DNA of 43,347 bases, taken from a bacterium (GTDB lineage Bacteria; Patescibacteriota; Microgenomatia; JAMCZE01). A program made the position numbers and the translations under genes. The notes under the pieces were generated by a model. The model was given only the letters and a program-made list of their open reading frames with translations. It did not search any database and was not told the origin of the DNA. The stretch lies in the NCBI GenBank assembly GCA_021836035.1, contig JAKBJL010000005.1, positions 1-43,347 on the forward strand. Reading direction: 5' to 3'. Of this stretch, positions 20,662-28,049 are shown one piece after another; position 1 is the stretch's first letter; each line of letters begins with the position of its first letter.

Positions 20662-21306
20662 TTAATTTTTTAACGGATTAAAAGTAACACGGGTTTGCCG
20701 GGAAAATTTGTTACTCAACGGGTTAAGGGAGCGCTGCCATATCTCCGGATCATTAATAGCTATATCCGTAAGTTCCGGAAGAATTATGGTTTTTTTTGTA
20801 AAACCAGCCCTGCTGTTTAAATTGTCGGTAATATAGGGAACACAGCTGCCCAGGGTTTCGCCAAAGGCGTTAGTTTCCACGTCTTTGGTTATTTTAAAAC
20901 CACGGCGCTTGGCCTCTTCCAAAACCGGATTTATGGCCCTGGGGCTATAGGTAACGTCGATATCGTGCGGGATAACCAACATCCGGGATCCCAAAATCTT
21001 TTGCATTTCTAATAGCGTCCGCGCATAATCTTTATTTTCATTAATATCCTCTTCCAACACCTCCGCGGTAGCATGAGTAAAAACGAAAAGGAGCTCGTCA
21101 TTTCTCATACCTTTGGCTTTTTCCACATACTTCCCCAGCAGCAATCTGTATTTAACCCGGGTAAAAGAATCCATTGCCTGCAAATCAACCTTATCCGGAT
21201 CCGTTAAATACCCCGGATGAATTAGGAAATTAATCCGGCTTACCCTAACCGGTAAATGTTCCCCGGATTCCCCACCTATAGGCCGTTTAAGTAAGTTTTC
21301 TACCAT
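20662..21306 (-). CDS. hypothetical alpha/beta protein with weak isochorismatase/cysteine-hydrolase-like features
   Basis: Beta-strand-like segments alternate (RINFLIHPGY, LLFVFTH, RMLVIPHD, KKTIILPE). NAFGETLGSCVPYIT resembles the G-x-x-T-x-x-CV catalytic-Cys motif of that family. This is motif-level evidence only. Confidence 0.45.
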   Translation of the reverse strand: MVENLLKRPIGGESGEHLPVRVSRINFLIHPGYLTDPDKVDLQAMDSFTRVKYRLLLGKYVEKAKGMRNDELLFVFTHATAEVLEEDINENKDYARTLLEMQKILGSRMLVIPHDIDVTYSPRAINPVLEEAKRRGFKITKDVETNAFGETLGSCVPYITDNLNSRAGFTKKTIILPELTDIAINDPEIWQRSLNPLSNKFSRQTRVTFNPLKN

Positions 21307-21351
21307 ATTAACTTTTTCCGGCTTCCTAATTTAATCTGGGTCTTGCTGCGC

Positions 21352-21380
21352 ATTATGCCACCAAAGCAGAGTAGCGTCAA
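21352..21380 (-). promoter_or_regulatory. promoter of the 20662-21306 gene
   Basis: The minus strand reads TTGACG (21380-21375), a 17-nt spacer, then CATAAT (21357-21352). Confidence 0.55.
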
Positions 21381-21540
21381 ATTAATCCCGGCTGGTTCAG
21401 GCCAACTGAACAGGCAAATGCTATCGGTCTACTGTCGGAAAACCCGCTGATTATGGAAAATTTCCCGTAAGAGAACAAAAATTCACCGCCCGGAAAGGAC
21501 GGTTCTTAGAAAAAACCCCGTGGTTAATTTGCTTGTCGTA

Positions 21541-21569
21541 TTGACATCTAACGCCTGATCAAATATATA
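21541..21569 (+). promoter_or_regulatory. promoter of the cytidine-deaminase-fold gene
   Basis: TTGACA (21541-21546), a 17-nt spacer, then TATATA (21564-21569), 39 nt upstream of the ATG at 21609. Confidence 0.6.
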
Positions 21570-21608
21570 AGAGGTAATTAGGTACACCTGCCGTCTGTTT
21601 AAGGGTGC

Positions 21609-22694
21609 ATGCCAGAACAACATTGGGAATACGTCGCGGTTGCCGGTAAAAGAAACGGAAAGCCAAATTTTCCCCCCCTCAACCGGGAGCAACAAAAACT
21701 AATCCCCGCCTTTGACGATGCCTTAAATGTAGCAGCCCAATCTGAAGTTTCTCACCCTATCTATTCCGGCTACCGCGTCAAGGAGTCAATTTCCGGGTTG
21801 CCTGCGGGGAACATTTCTTATGGCAAAAAAAGGGCTTTACACGGAGAGGAAGTTGCCGTAGCCAACATCTATTCAAAAGAGGGTATTGTCTCTGCTTCCG
21901 AATTGCCCTTAATTCTCAGAAATATTGCCACTTATAATCCCGCTATTGCCCTCCCCAAAATAATTCCCAATCTGATATTAGCAATTATTGCCCACGACCC
22001 GGATGGGATGGCTAAGCCTTGCGGTAATTGCCTGGATTTGCTGAGAGACAAATTAGGGCGGTCCCTCAACGTCGTTTTCGGGGCCAGTGGCGGAGGCGAA
22101 GCGAAAGTGGCAAAATTGGGCGATTTCCTTTTTGAAGTCGGCCGGGAGCACCGCATCAGCTTAAGAGCAAGAGAAGGACCTAATTTAATCGCCACCCTGG
22201 CCGGGCAAACCTTCAGCGAAGGAACAAGGCTGACCGATGACGCCTATGTTTCTAAAGCCGAAGCGCTTTCCCGCAATTACAACGCATTAGTCGTTACGAA
22301 TAAAGGCAAATACTACGGCGGCTATGAATGCCTCTGTGATTATCACCCGATTTATGCCGGCCGGGATGCTATCCGCCAGGCCCGGCGGGCCCATGACTAT
22401 TTTCTGCGCTACGCACTTTTTACAGCCCCCGGCCCGGGAAATAATCCTCCGGATATAATGTACATGGATCGGCAGCATTTAATGGAGTACGCTCTTATTG
22501 GAGACCTGGAAACAGGCAGAGAAGGTGATAAACCTGTTTATCTCGCTTCCATAGACCCGCAAAGGAAAGCCGTCACCGGTTTATGGCAAACAAGCGTTAG
22601 AGAATTTCTGCCGTTCCCTTTTAGCCCGATTAATTTTGGTGAGGAATTTGTTTCTCATTTCAAAGAATATTATCGCCGGCGGAAACGGTTTTAG
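21609..22694 (+). CDS. divergent two-domain cytidine/deoxycytidylate-deaminase-fold protein
   Basis: The N-terminal half has LHGEEVAVANIY (an H-x-E zinc/catalytic motif) and KPCGNCLDLL (a PCxxC zinc motif). The C-terminal half lacks these motifs but ends VREFLPFPFSP, like the LLP-x-x-F end of cytidine deaminases. This resembles the E. coli Cdd catalytic + pseudo-domain layout. Confidence 0.55.
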   Translation: MPEQHWEYVAVAGKRNGKPNFPPLNREQQKLIPAFDDALNVAAQSEVSHPIYSGYRVKESISGLPAGNISYGKKRALHGEEVAVANIYSKEGIVSASELPLILRNIATYNPAIALPKIIPNLILAIIAHDPDGMAKPCGNCLDLLRDKLGRSLNVVFGASGGGEAKVAKLGDFLFEVGREHRISLRAREGPNLIATLAGQTFSEGTRLTDDAYVSKAEALSRNYNALVVTNKGKYYGGYECLCDYHPIYAGRDAIRQARRAHDYFLRYALFTAPGPGNNPPDIMYMDRQHLMEYALIGDLETGREGDKPVYLASIDPQRKAVTGLWQTSVREFLPFPFSPINFGEEFVSHFKEYYRRRKRF

Positions 22695-22743
22695 CGGTTC
22701 CAGGGTGTTTGAGGATTGAACCCTCTTCCGGAGTTTAACAATC

Positions 22744-22770
22744 AGTTCGGATAATGACACTTCTTGAAGT
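22744..22770. repeat. copy A of a 27-nt imperfect direct repeat bounding the QueC-like cassette
   Basis: AGTTCGGATAATGACACTTCTTGAAGT matches 24069-24095 at 23/27, and all 4 differences are transitions. It starts 2 nt after the QueC-like stop codon. Confidence 0.7.
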
Positions 22771-22771
22771 T

Positions 22772-23926
22772 TTACCCAAACAGGACACCATAACGATGAT
22801 CCAAATCAGATAAGTGCGAATGAAAGCTCGTCGAAACGGTATTATGCCCATATCTTTTTATCCATTGTTTGGTGTCTTTAATAAAATATGATATTTCTTC
22901 GGACGGCACACCAGAAAGTCGAGTGTCCTCATAGTAAATTCGTCCAAGTACGGTTCTTCGACATTTGGGACAACTTCCACAAGTGTTTTCACTTAAACAT
23001 GCTTTTGCCAATTCCGGAGTTTTCCGCTCCCATTTACGCCGGTTGTTGGCAGCCCAGCATTTCCGGGTAAAGCAGTTTTGAACTAAAGGAAGAATAGTGA
23101 TATTTAACTTTTTTTCCAGGTTTAGGATTTCCCCTACCGTTTCAATATCACCGGGATATTCTCCGGTTACATTAATATCCAACCCGGCATCCGATAGCAA
23201 ATTATTGAACAAATTCCACGCGCCTTTGGATTCACTGAAATCACCCTCATCCGGCGAATCTACAAACCCGCCCTCTACAAGCACTTCTTTAATTCCATAA
23301 CGATAGGCCGTTAAAACTACTGTTGCCGCGACCAGTAGATCTCTAACTCTCATAACATCCAATCCCTTAAGTTCCGAACTGTTGATTACTTTAACTTCCG
23401 TAAAGGGAACATTCCATTGTTTACATTGATAGCTGCTTCTCTCAGCTTCATCTCCGGGCAATACACGGTTGAGGTTTCTAAGATGAACCGCTCTGACCAT
23501 TTCTCCACGGGCTAAATGGCTGGCAAGCCGGAAACATGAATCCAATCCACCGGAATGAGAATTGACGATATATGCGCCGTCATTTAGCTTGGATTCGTTT
23601 GAATGAAATTCAAGGTTTAATCTATTGCTGTTTGCAGAAATTTTTGGAGGGCGGTATCCATAATAATCGTAAAGAGCGTTTACTAAATCGGTATAATTGA
23701 CCGGAAAATTTGTTTCAATAATCCGGGGAAAATAAGCGGATACTAAATGCGACAAGGCAACAGTGCGCCACAAGTCCCGGATAACTTTTGGCTGATCAGA
23801 TAAAGATCTTTCTGGATCGACTATCGCGATCTGTTCGTTGTGTTTTTTTCCTTTAAGTTTCAGACTAAACGGATTCTTCGGTGAAATATTAACCTCGCAT
23901 TTATCCGCTTGTTCGATTCTGGTCAT
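22772..23926 (-). CDS. QueC-family PP-loop ATP pyrophosphatase-like protein with a ~120 aa N-terminal extension
   Basis: It has VNSHSGGLDSCFRLA (the SGGxDS PP-loop). The C-terminal Cys cluster is QNCFTRKC...CGSCPKCRR, as in the QueC zinc site. Confidence 0.7.
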   Translation of the reverse strand: MTRIEQADKCEVNISPKNPFSLKLKGKKHNEQIAIVDPERSLSDQPKVIRDLWRTVALSHLVSAYFPRIIETNFPVNYTDLVNALYDYYGYRPPKISANSNRLNLEFHSNESKLNDGAYIVNSHSGGLDSCFRLASHLARGEMVRAVHLRNLNRVLPGDEAERSSYQCKQWNVPFTEVKVINSSELKGLDVMRVRDLLVAATVVLTAYRYGIKEVLVEGGFVDSPDEGDFSESKGAWNLFNNLLSDAGLDINVTGEYPGDIETVGEILNLEKKLNITILPLVQNCFTRKCWAANNRRKWERKTPELAKACLSENTCGSCPKCRRTVLGRIYYEDTRLSGVPSEEISYFIKDTKQWIKRYGHNTVSTSFHSHLSDLDHRYGVLFG

Positions 23927-23932
23927 GGCCGG

Positions 23933-23961
23933 ATTCTAGCAACGGCCAATTTCCGTGTCAA
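23933..23961 (-). promoter_or_regulatory. consensus promoter of the QueC-like gene with leaderless geometry
   Basis: The minus strand reads TTGACA (23961-23956), a 17-nt spacer, TAGAAT (23938-23933), then 6 nt (CCGGCC) and the ATG at 23926. Confidence 0.65.
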
Positions 23962-24048
23962 CTAATATAGCGATTTGACAATCCAAACTATTAAACCGGG
24001 TCATGGCGCTTTTTTAATCCCACAGCAAGGGAAGCAACTCAGGGAAGC

Positions 24049-24076
24049 AAAAAAACATTCCGAACTTTAGTTCGGA
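24049..24076 (-). terminator. Rho-independent terminator of the signal-peptidase-like gene
   Basis: The minus strand reads UCCGAACU-AA-AGUUCGGA followed by AUGUUUUUUUG. It overlaps repeat copy B. Confidence 0.65.
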
Positions 24077-24095
24077 TAGTGGCATTTTTTGAAGT
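24069..24095. repeat. copy B of the 27-nt direct repeat
   Basis: AGTTCGGATAGTGGCATTTTTTGAAGT. See copy A for the match. Confidence 0.7.
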
Positions 24096-24183
24096 GTCAG
24101 CAATATAGGGTACCACATTAATTTTATCTATCAGCCCCAAATGGAAGGTATTCGAACATTTTGTGCTCAATTAGTGGTATCTT

Positions 24184-24735
24184 TTAATACCTGAAGGCTA
24201 TTTTTCCGACAATATCCTGTTTACCTATGAAACCTAAACTACGTGAATCAATACTATTATTTCTGTTGTCGCCCATCATAAAATAGCTATTATCGGGAAT
24301 TGTAATTTCTTGGCCTTCGTCTAAAATCTTTGGTCCTCCCGTATCCTCAATTTTTCCAGTTGTTTCAGATATATCTATAATCGCACTTTTATTGGCTGTC
24401 GTTGTTACAGTACCAGGTTGTAGATAACTTTCAGCTAGTACCGCGCCATTCAGATACACTTTACCGTTTTGTATTTTTATTTTGTCTCCTGATAGAGCAA
24501 TTATTCTAGCAATACCTGAATAATGGGGATTCTGAGTGTAGCCAAAAGTTACAACATCACCTCGTTGGGGCGAAGAAAAAGTATATGCTAGTTTATTCAC
24601 AAGAAATCTCTCACCACTCTTATAAGTTGGTTCCATTCCAGGTCCATTTATTGATACAGGTTTGAAAGTGACAAATAGGGTTACTAATAAACCAGCTAAT
24701 ACTCCAATAACCACGAACTGTAAAATCTTTGACAT
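24184..24735 (-). CDS. type I signal peptidase (S26) homologue lacking the Ser/Lys catalytic dyad; predicted pseudo-peptidase
   Basis: It has an N-terminal TM segment. Box B reads NGPGMEPTY where SM-x-PT is expected. Box C RGDVVTF is intact. Box D reads GIARIIALSGD where Y/F-I/V-K-R-x-x-G-x-PGD is expected. Box E MMGDNRNNSIDSR is intact. Confidence 0.75.
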   Translation of the reverse strand: MSKILQFVVIGVLAGLLVTLFVTFKPVSINGPGMEPTYKSGERFLVNKLAYTFSSPQRGDVVTFGYTQNPHYSGIARIIALSGDKIKIQNGKVYLNGAVLAESYLQPGTVTTTANKSAIIDISETTGKIEDTGGPKILDEGQEITIPDNSYFMMGDNRNNSIDSRSLGFIGKQDIVGKIAFRY

Positions 24736-24741
24736 AATTTA

Positions 24742-24770
24742 AATCTAACAGGAGAAAATGTTAGTTACAA
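24742..24770 (-). promoter_or_regulatory. promoter of the signal-peptidase-like gene with leaderless geometry
   Basis: The minus strand reads TTGTAA (24770-24765), a 17-nt spacer, TAGATT (24747-24742), then 6 nt and the ATG at 24735. Confidence 0.55.
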
Positions 24771-24996
24771 GTAGTGTGTTATATAGAGATGGCTATGAGA
24801 AAAGGCTATTTGAATTTTCAGCAGACATGGTTGGAATCGAGCTTGCTCTTCTTTAAATACCATGTGGTCGTGGATGAAGGCAAAACTTGCCGAAACGGCT
24901 AATCTAGCTAGTCGATGGGTGAGTCGGTTTGGCAGTGTTTTATGCGGAAATCGTTCGCGCCTATGTGTGGTACTAAAATGTAGGTCTTAGACTATA

Positions 24997-27864
24997 TTAA
25001 CGCCCTAAATCCTTATCAAGGTGGCAATGTTTATATTTCTTCCCACTCCCGCACCAGCAGGGATCGTTTCTCCCCGGCTTTTTAATTCCCGGCGCGGAAT
25101 TCCCTACGGGTAAGCCGCTCGTCCTTGAACTTGAACTTGCACTTTGTTTTATTTGCTGTGCTTCCTCTTTTACTCCTGCCTCGATATTTTCAATCTGCGC
25201 CGCATTCGTAGTCGCCCGCTGCATTTGGGCGATCTGCTCAGGCGTCGCGACGGCAATTTTATAAATCCGGTGGACGATTTCGTAATCAACAGAGGCAATC
25301 AATTTTTCAAACATTGTAAAGGCTTCCGCCTTATATTCAACCAACGGATCCCTTTGGGCGTAACCCCGCAGCCCTATGCCTTCGCGCAAATCGTCGATTT
25401 CCTCGAGATGTTCCATCCATAAAGCGTCTATTACCCGAAGCATTTCCTGTTGTTCAATATAACGGGTAATTTTCCCGCCCAATTGTTTCTCTCTTTGTTC
25501 ATAAATATCATGCGCAATTTTTTGTAATAAAGGGCCTAGGGATGAGGAGCTGGCAGCTAGTTGAACAACGATTTGCTTTTTCGAATTATCATCAAAGGGA
25601 ATGATCGTCGAAAATTCTTCAATGATTTTTTCCGTGCCGTTTTTATCCCCTGTTTCGACTACCCCATATTGTTCTTTGCCGCCGGAATTGATAGCCACCA
25701 GATTTTCTATTTCCTTATCAATTTTGGCTAAAATTTCTTCTTTCAGCCAATGACCATTTTCCGCGGCCTCCCCATTCCCGTCTTCCGTTTCCATTTCCTT
25801 CCCCTCGCTTGCCCCGAGTGAAATCGCAGGGTCAGCGGCTAGCCCCGTCTCATTAGCCCCCCTATTTAAAGCGCTCAACACTTTCCGTCTTAATCCATAG
25901 ATGATCTCCCTCTGCTTGTTCATCACGTCGTCATATTCCAAGAGGTGCTTGCGGGAATCAAAATTAAATTGCTCTACTTTCGATTGAGCCTGCTCAATCG
26001 ACTTGCTGACCATACCGTGTTCCAGGGGCTGGTCTTCGGGAATATTAAAAAGGGTCATGAGCCGCGCTACCTGTTCCCCGCCGAAAAGGCGCATAACGTC
26101 ATCGTCCAGCGCGACAAAAAACCGGCTAGAACCGGGGTCCCCCTGGCGCCCCGCCCGGCCCCGCAGCTGGTTATCAATCCGTCGCGACTCATGCCGTTCC
26201 GTGCCGATCACATGCAGGCCGCCAAGCGTGACTACTTCGTCATGGTCCTTCTGCCAGGCTTTCCACTCCGGACTGCCGATCAGCGGACGCCCGTCTGCCT
26301 GTTTGGGCGTTACCCCGCCTAAAATAATATCGACGCCGCGGCCGGCCATGTTGGTCGCGACGGTAACGGCGCCGCGCTTTCCCGCCTGGGAAATAATCAG
26401 GGCCTCCTTTTCGTGCTGTTTGGCATTTAAAACCTGGAAAGGAATACCTTTGTGGCGCAGAAACTGGGAAATAATCTCATTTTTCTCGATAGAGGTGGTT
26501 CCGATTAAAACCGGCCGGCCGATTTTATGCATTTCCTCAATTTCCCGGACGACCGCGGAATATTTCGCCCTCTGCGATTTATAAACCTGGTCGGTAGAAT
26601 CATTCCGAACCATCTGCTTATTAGTCGGAATGGCAATTACTTCCAGATTGTAAATTTTATGAAACTCTTCCGCCTCCGTCGCCGCGGTCCCCGTCATCCC
26701 GGCCAACTTTTCGTATTTCCTAAAATAATTTTGCAGGGAAATAGTCGCCAAAGTCCTGCTTTCCTGCTGGATGGGAACACCCTCTTTGGCTTCGACAGCC
26801 TGGTGAATTCCTTCGCTCCAGCGCCGTCCCGGCATCAGTCTCCCGGTAAATTCGTCAACAATTATCACCTCGTTGTCGCGGACTATATAATCTTTTTCGC
26901 GGTGGTATAGGGTTCTGGCTTTCAAAGCCGCTTCAACATGATGAACCGTCGCGAAATCTTTTTCGTAAATATCTTTAGATCCTAACATCTGCTCAATTTT
27001 GCCGATCCCGTGGTCGGTAAGGTTGGCAGTATGCATTTTTTCGTCAACGACATAATCCAGTTTCGCCGTTAAACCTTCCACCAAACGCGCATATTCGTAA
27101 TATTTCTGTGTCGGCTCCGCGTCGGGGGCGGAAATAATATGCGGCGTCCGGGCTTCATCGATTAAAACCGAGTCCACTTCGTCAACTATCGCGTAATGGA
27201 AATCGCGCTGGACCAGCTCCGCTTCTTCGCGGGCCATATTGTCCCGGAGATAGTCAAAACCGAACTCGGAATTAATACCGTAGGTAATATCCGCACCATA
27301 GGCTTCTTTGCGGGATACCGGACGCAGGTGGCGCAGGCGCCAATCGGGCGCGTTTTCATCCGTAAATTCCGGATCATAAACGAAAGAGGCTTCGTGAATA
27401 ATCGCCGCGCAGGACAATCCCAGAATATGATAAATCGGGCCCATCCAGCCGACCCCAACCCGCGCCAGGTAATCGTTAACGGTAACCAGGTGTGCGCCTT
27501 TGCCGGTCAGGGCATTTAAATAAAGTGGCATGGAGGCGGTTAAAGTCTTCCCTTCCCCCGTTTTTTGTTCAGCGATTTTTCCCTGGTGCAAAGCAATTGC
27601 GGCCATCACCTGGACATCAAAATGGCGCTCGTTATTAACCCGGGCGCTGGCTTCCCGGACCAGGGCATAAGCCTCGGGGAGCAGCCCGTCGAGAGAACCG
27701 CCCTTAGCCAGTTTCTCTTTCAACTTCGCTGTTCTTTTGGCAAAATCGGCTTCTTTCAGCTTCTTGACCTCTTTTTCCCAAGCATTAACCTCCGTTACCA
27801 ACGGCATTAACTTTTGAACCTGGCGTTCATTGCTGTCAATAATTTTCCCAATAAAATCCAGCAT
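24997..27864 (-). CDS. secA: preprotein translocase ATPase SecA
   Basis: It has TGEGKTLTASMPLYLNAL, DEVDSVLIDEARTP, TNMAGRGVDI and the C-terminal zinc motif CWCGSGKKYKHCH. Confidence 0.98.
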   Translation of the reverse strand: MLDFIGKIIDSNERQVQKLMPLVTEVNAWEKEVKKLKEADFAKRTAKLKEKLAKGGSLDGLLPEAYALVREASARVNNERHFDVQVMAAIALHQGKIAEQKTGEGKTLTASMPLYLNALTGKGAHLVTVNDYLARVGVGWMGPIYHILGLSCAAIIHEASFVYDPEFTDENAPDWRLRHLRPVSRKEAYGADITYGINSEFGFDYLRDNMAREEAELVQRDFHYAIVDEVDSVLIDEARTPHIISAPDAEPTQKYYEYARLVEGLTAKLDYVVDEKMHTANLTDHGIGKIEQMLGSKDIYEKDFATVHHVEAALKARTLYHREKDYIVRDNEVIIVDEFTGRLMPGRRWSEGIHQAVEAKEGVPIQQESRTLATISLQNYFRKYEKLAGMTGTAATEAEEFHKIYNLEVIAIPTNKQMVRNDSTDQVYKSQRAKYSAVVREIEEMHKIGRPVLIGTTSIEKNEIISQFLRHKGIPFQVLNAKQHEKEALIISQAGKRGAVTVATNMAGRGVDIILGGVTPKQADGRPLIGSPEWKAWQKDHDEVVTLGGLHVIGTERHESRRIDNQLRGRAGRQGDPGSSRFFVALDDDVMRLFGGEQVARLMTLFNIPEDQPLEHGMVSKSIEQAQSKVEQFNFDSRKHLLEYDDVMNKQREIIYGLRRKVLSALNRGANETGLAADPAISLGASEGKEMETEDGNGEAAENGHWLKEEILAKIDKEIENLVAINSGGKEQYGVVETGDKNGTEKIIEEFSTIIPFDDNSKKQIVVQLAASSSSLGPLLQKIAHDIYEQREKQLGGKITRYIEQQEMLRVIDALWMEHLEEIDDLREGIGLRGYAQRDPLVEYKAEAFTMFEKLIASVDYEIVHRIYKIAVATPEQIAQMQRATTNAAQIENIEAGVKEEAQQIKQSASSSSRTSGLPVGNSAPGIKKPGRNDPCWCGSGKKYKHCHLDKDLGR

Positions 27865-28049
27865 AAATTCCCTTCTTCAGGTTTTATTTTATCACTTATC
27901 GGCGCTCCCGAGACGGCCGAAACCGCGATTTTAAATCTTTAACCTCCTGCCGTCAACAAATTAGTCCCTTGTAATCCGCTCCCGATAAGTTTAAAAATTT
28001 ATTGCACACAATTTACTCTGCCCACACATCTTATGCCTACACTTGGGAT

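Noticed and set aside
23936-24007. A 22-codon upstream ORF (MTRFNSLDCQIAILVDTEIGRC) starts with the same GGCCATGACC context as the QueC-like gene (GGTCATGGC duplicated at 23921-23929 and 23999-24007).
   Set aside because: It lies upstream of and across the predicted promoter, so it would not be on the leaderless transcript. A 9-nt repeat alone is weak evidence.
22744-24095. The possibility that the 27-nt repeats are integron attC sites.
   Set aside because: There is no match to the RYYYAAC/GTTRRRY core sites and no intI in the window. The enclosed gene also has its own promoter, unlike typical cassettes.
24862-24990. A 42 aa plus-strand ORF (MWSWMKAKLAETANLASRWVSRF...) in the lepB-like/secA spacer. 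It could be an HTH or transposase remnant.
   Set aside because: It is too short, has no start context and no recognisable motif beyond a vague HTH-like stretch.
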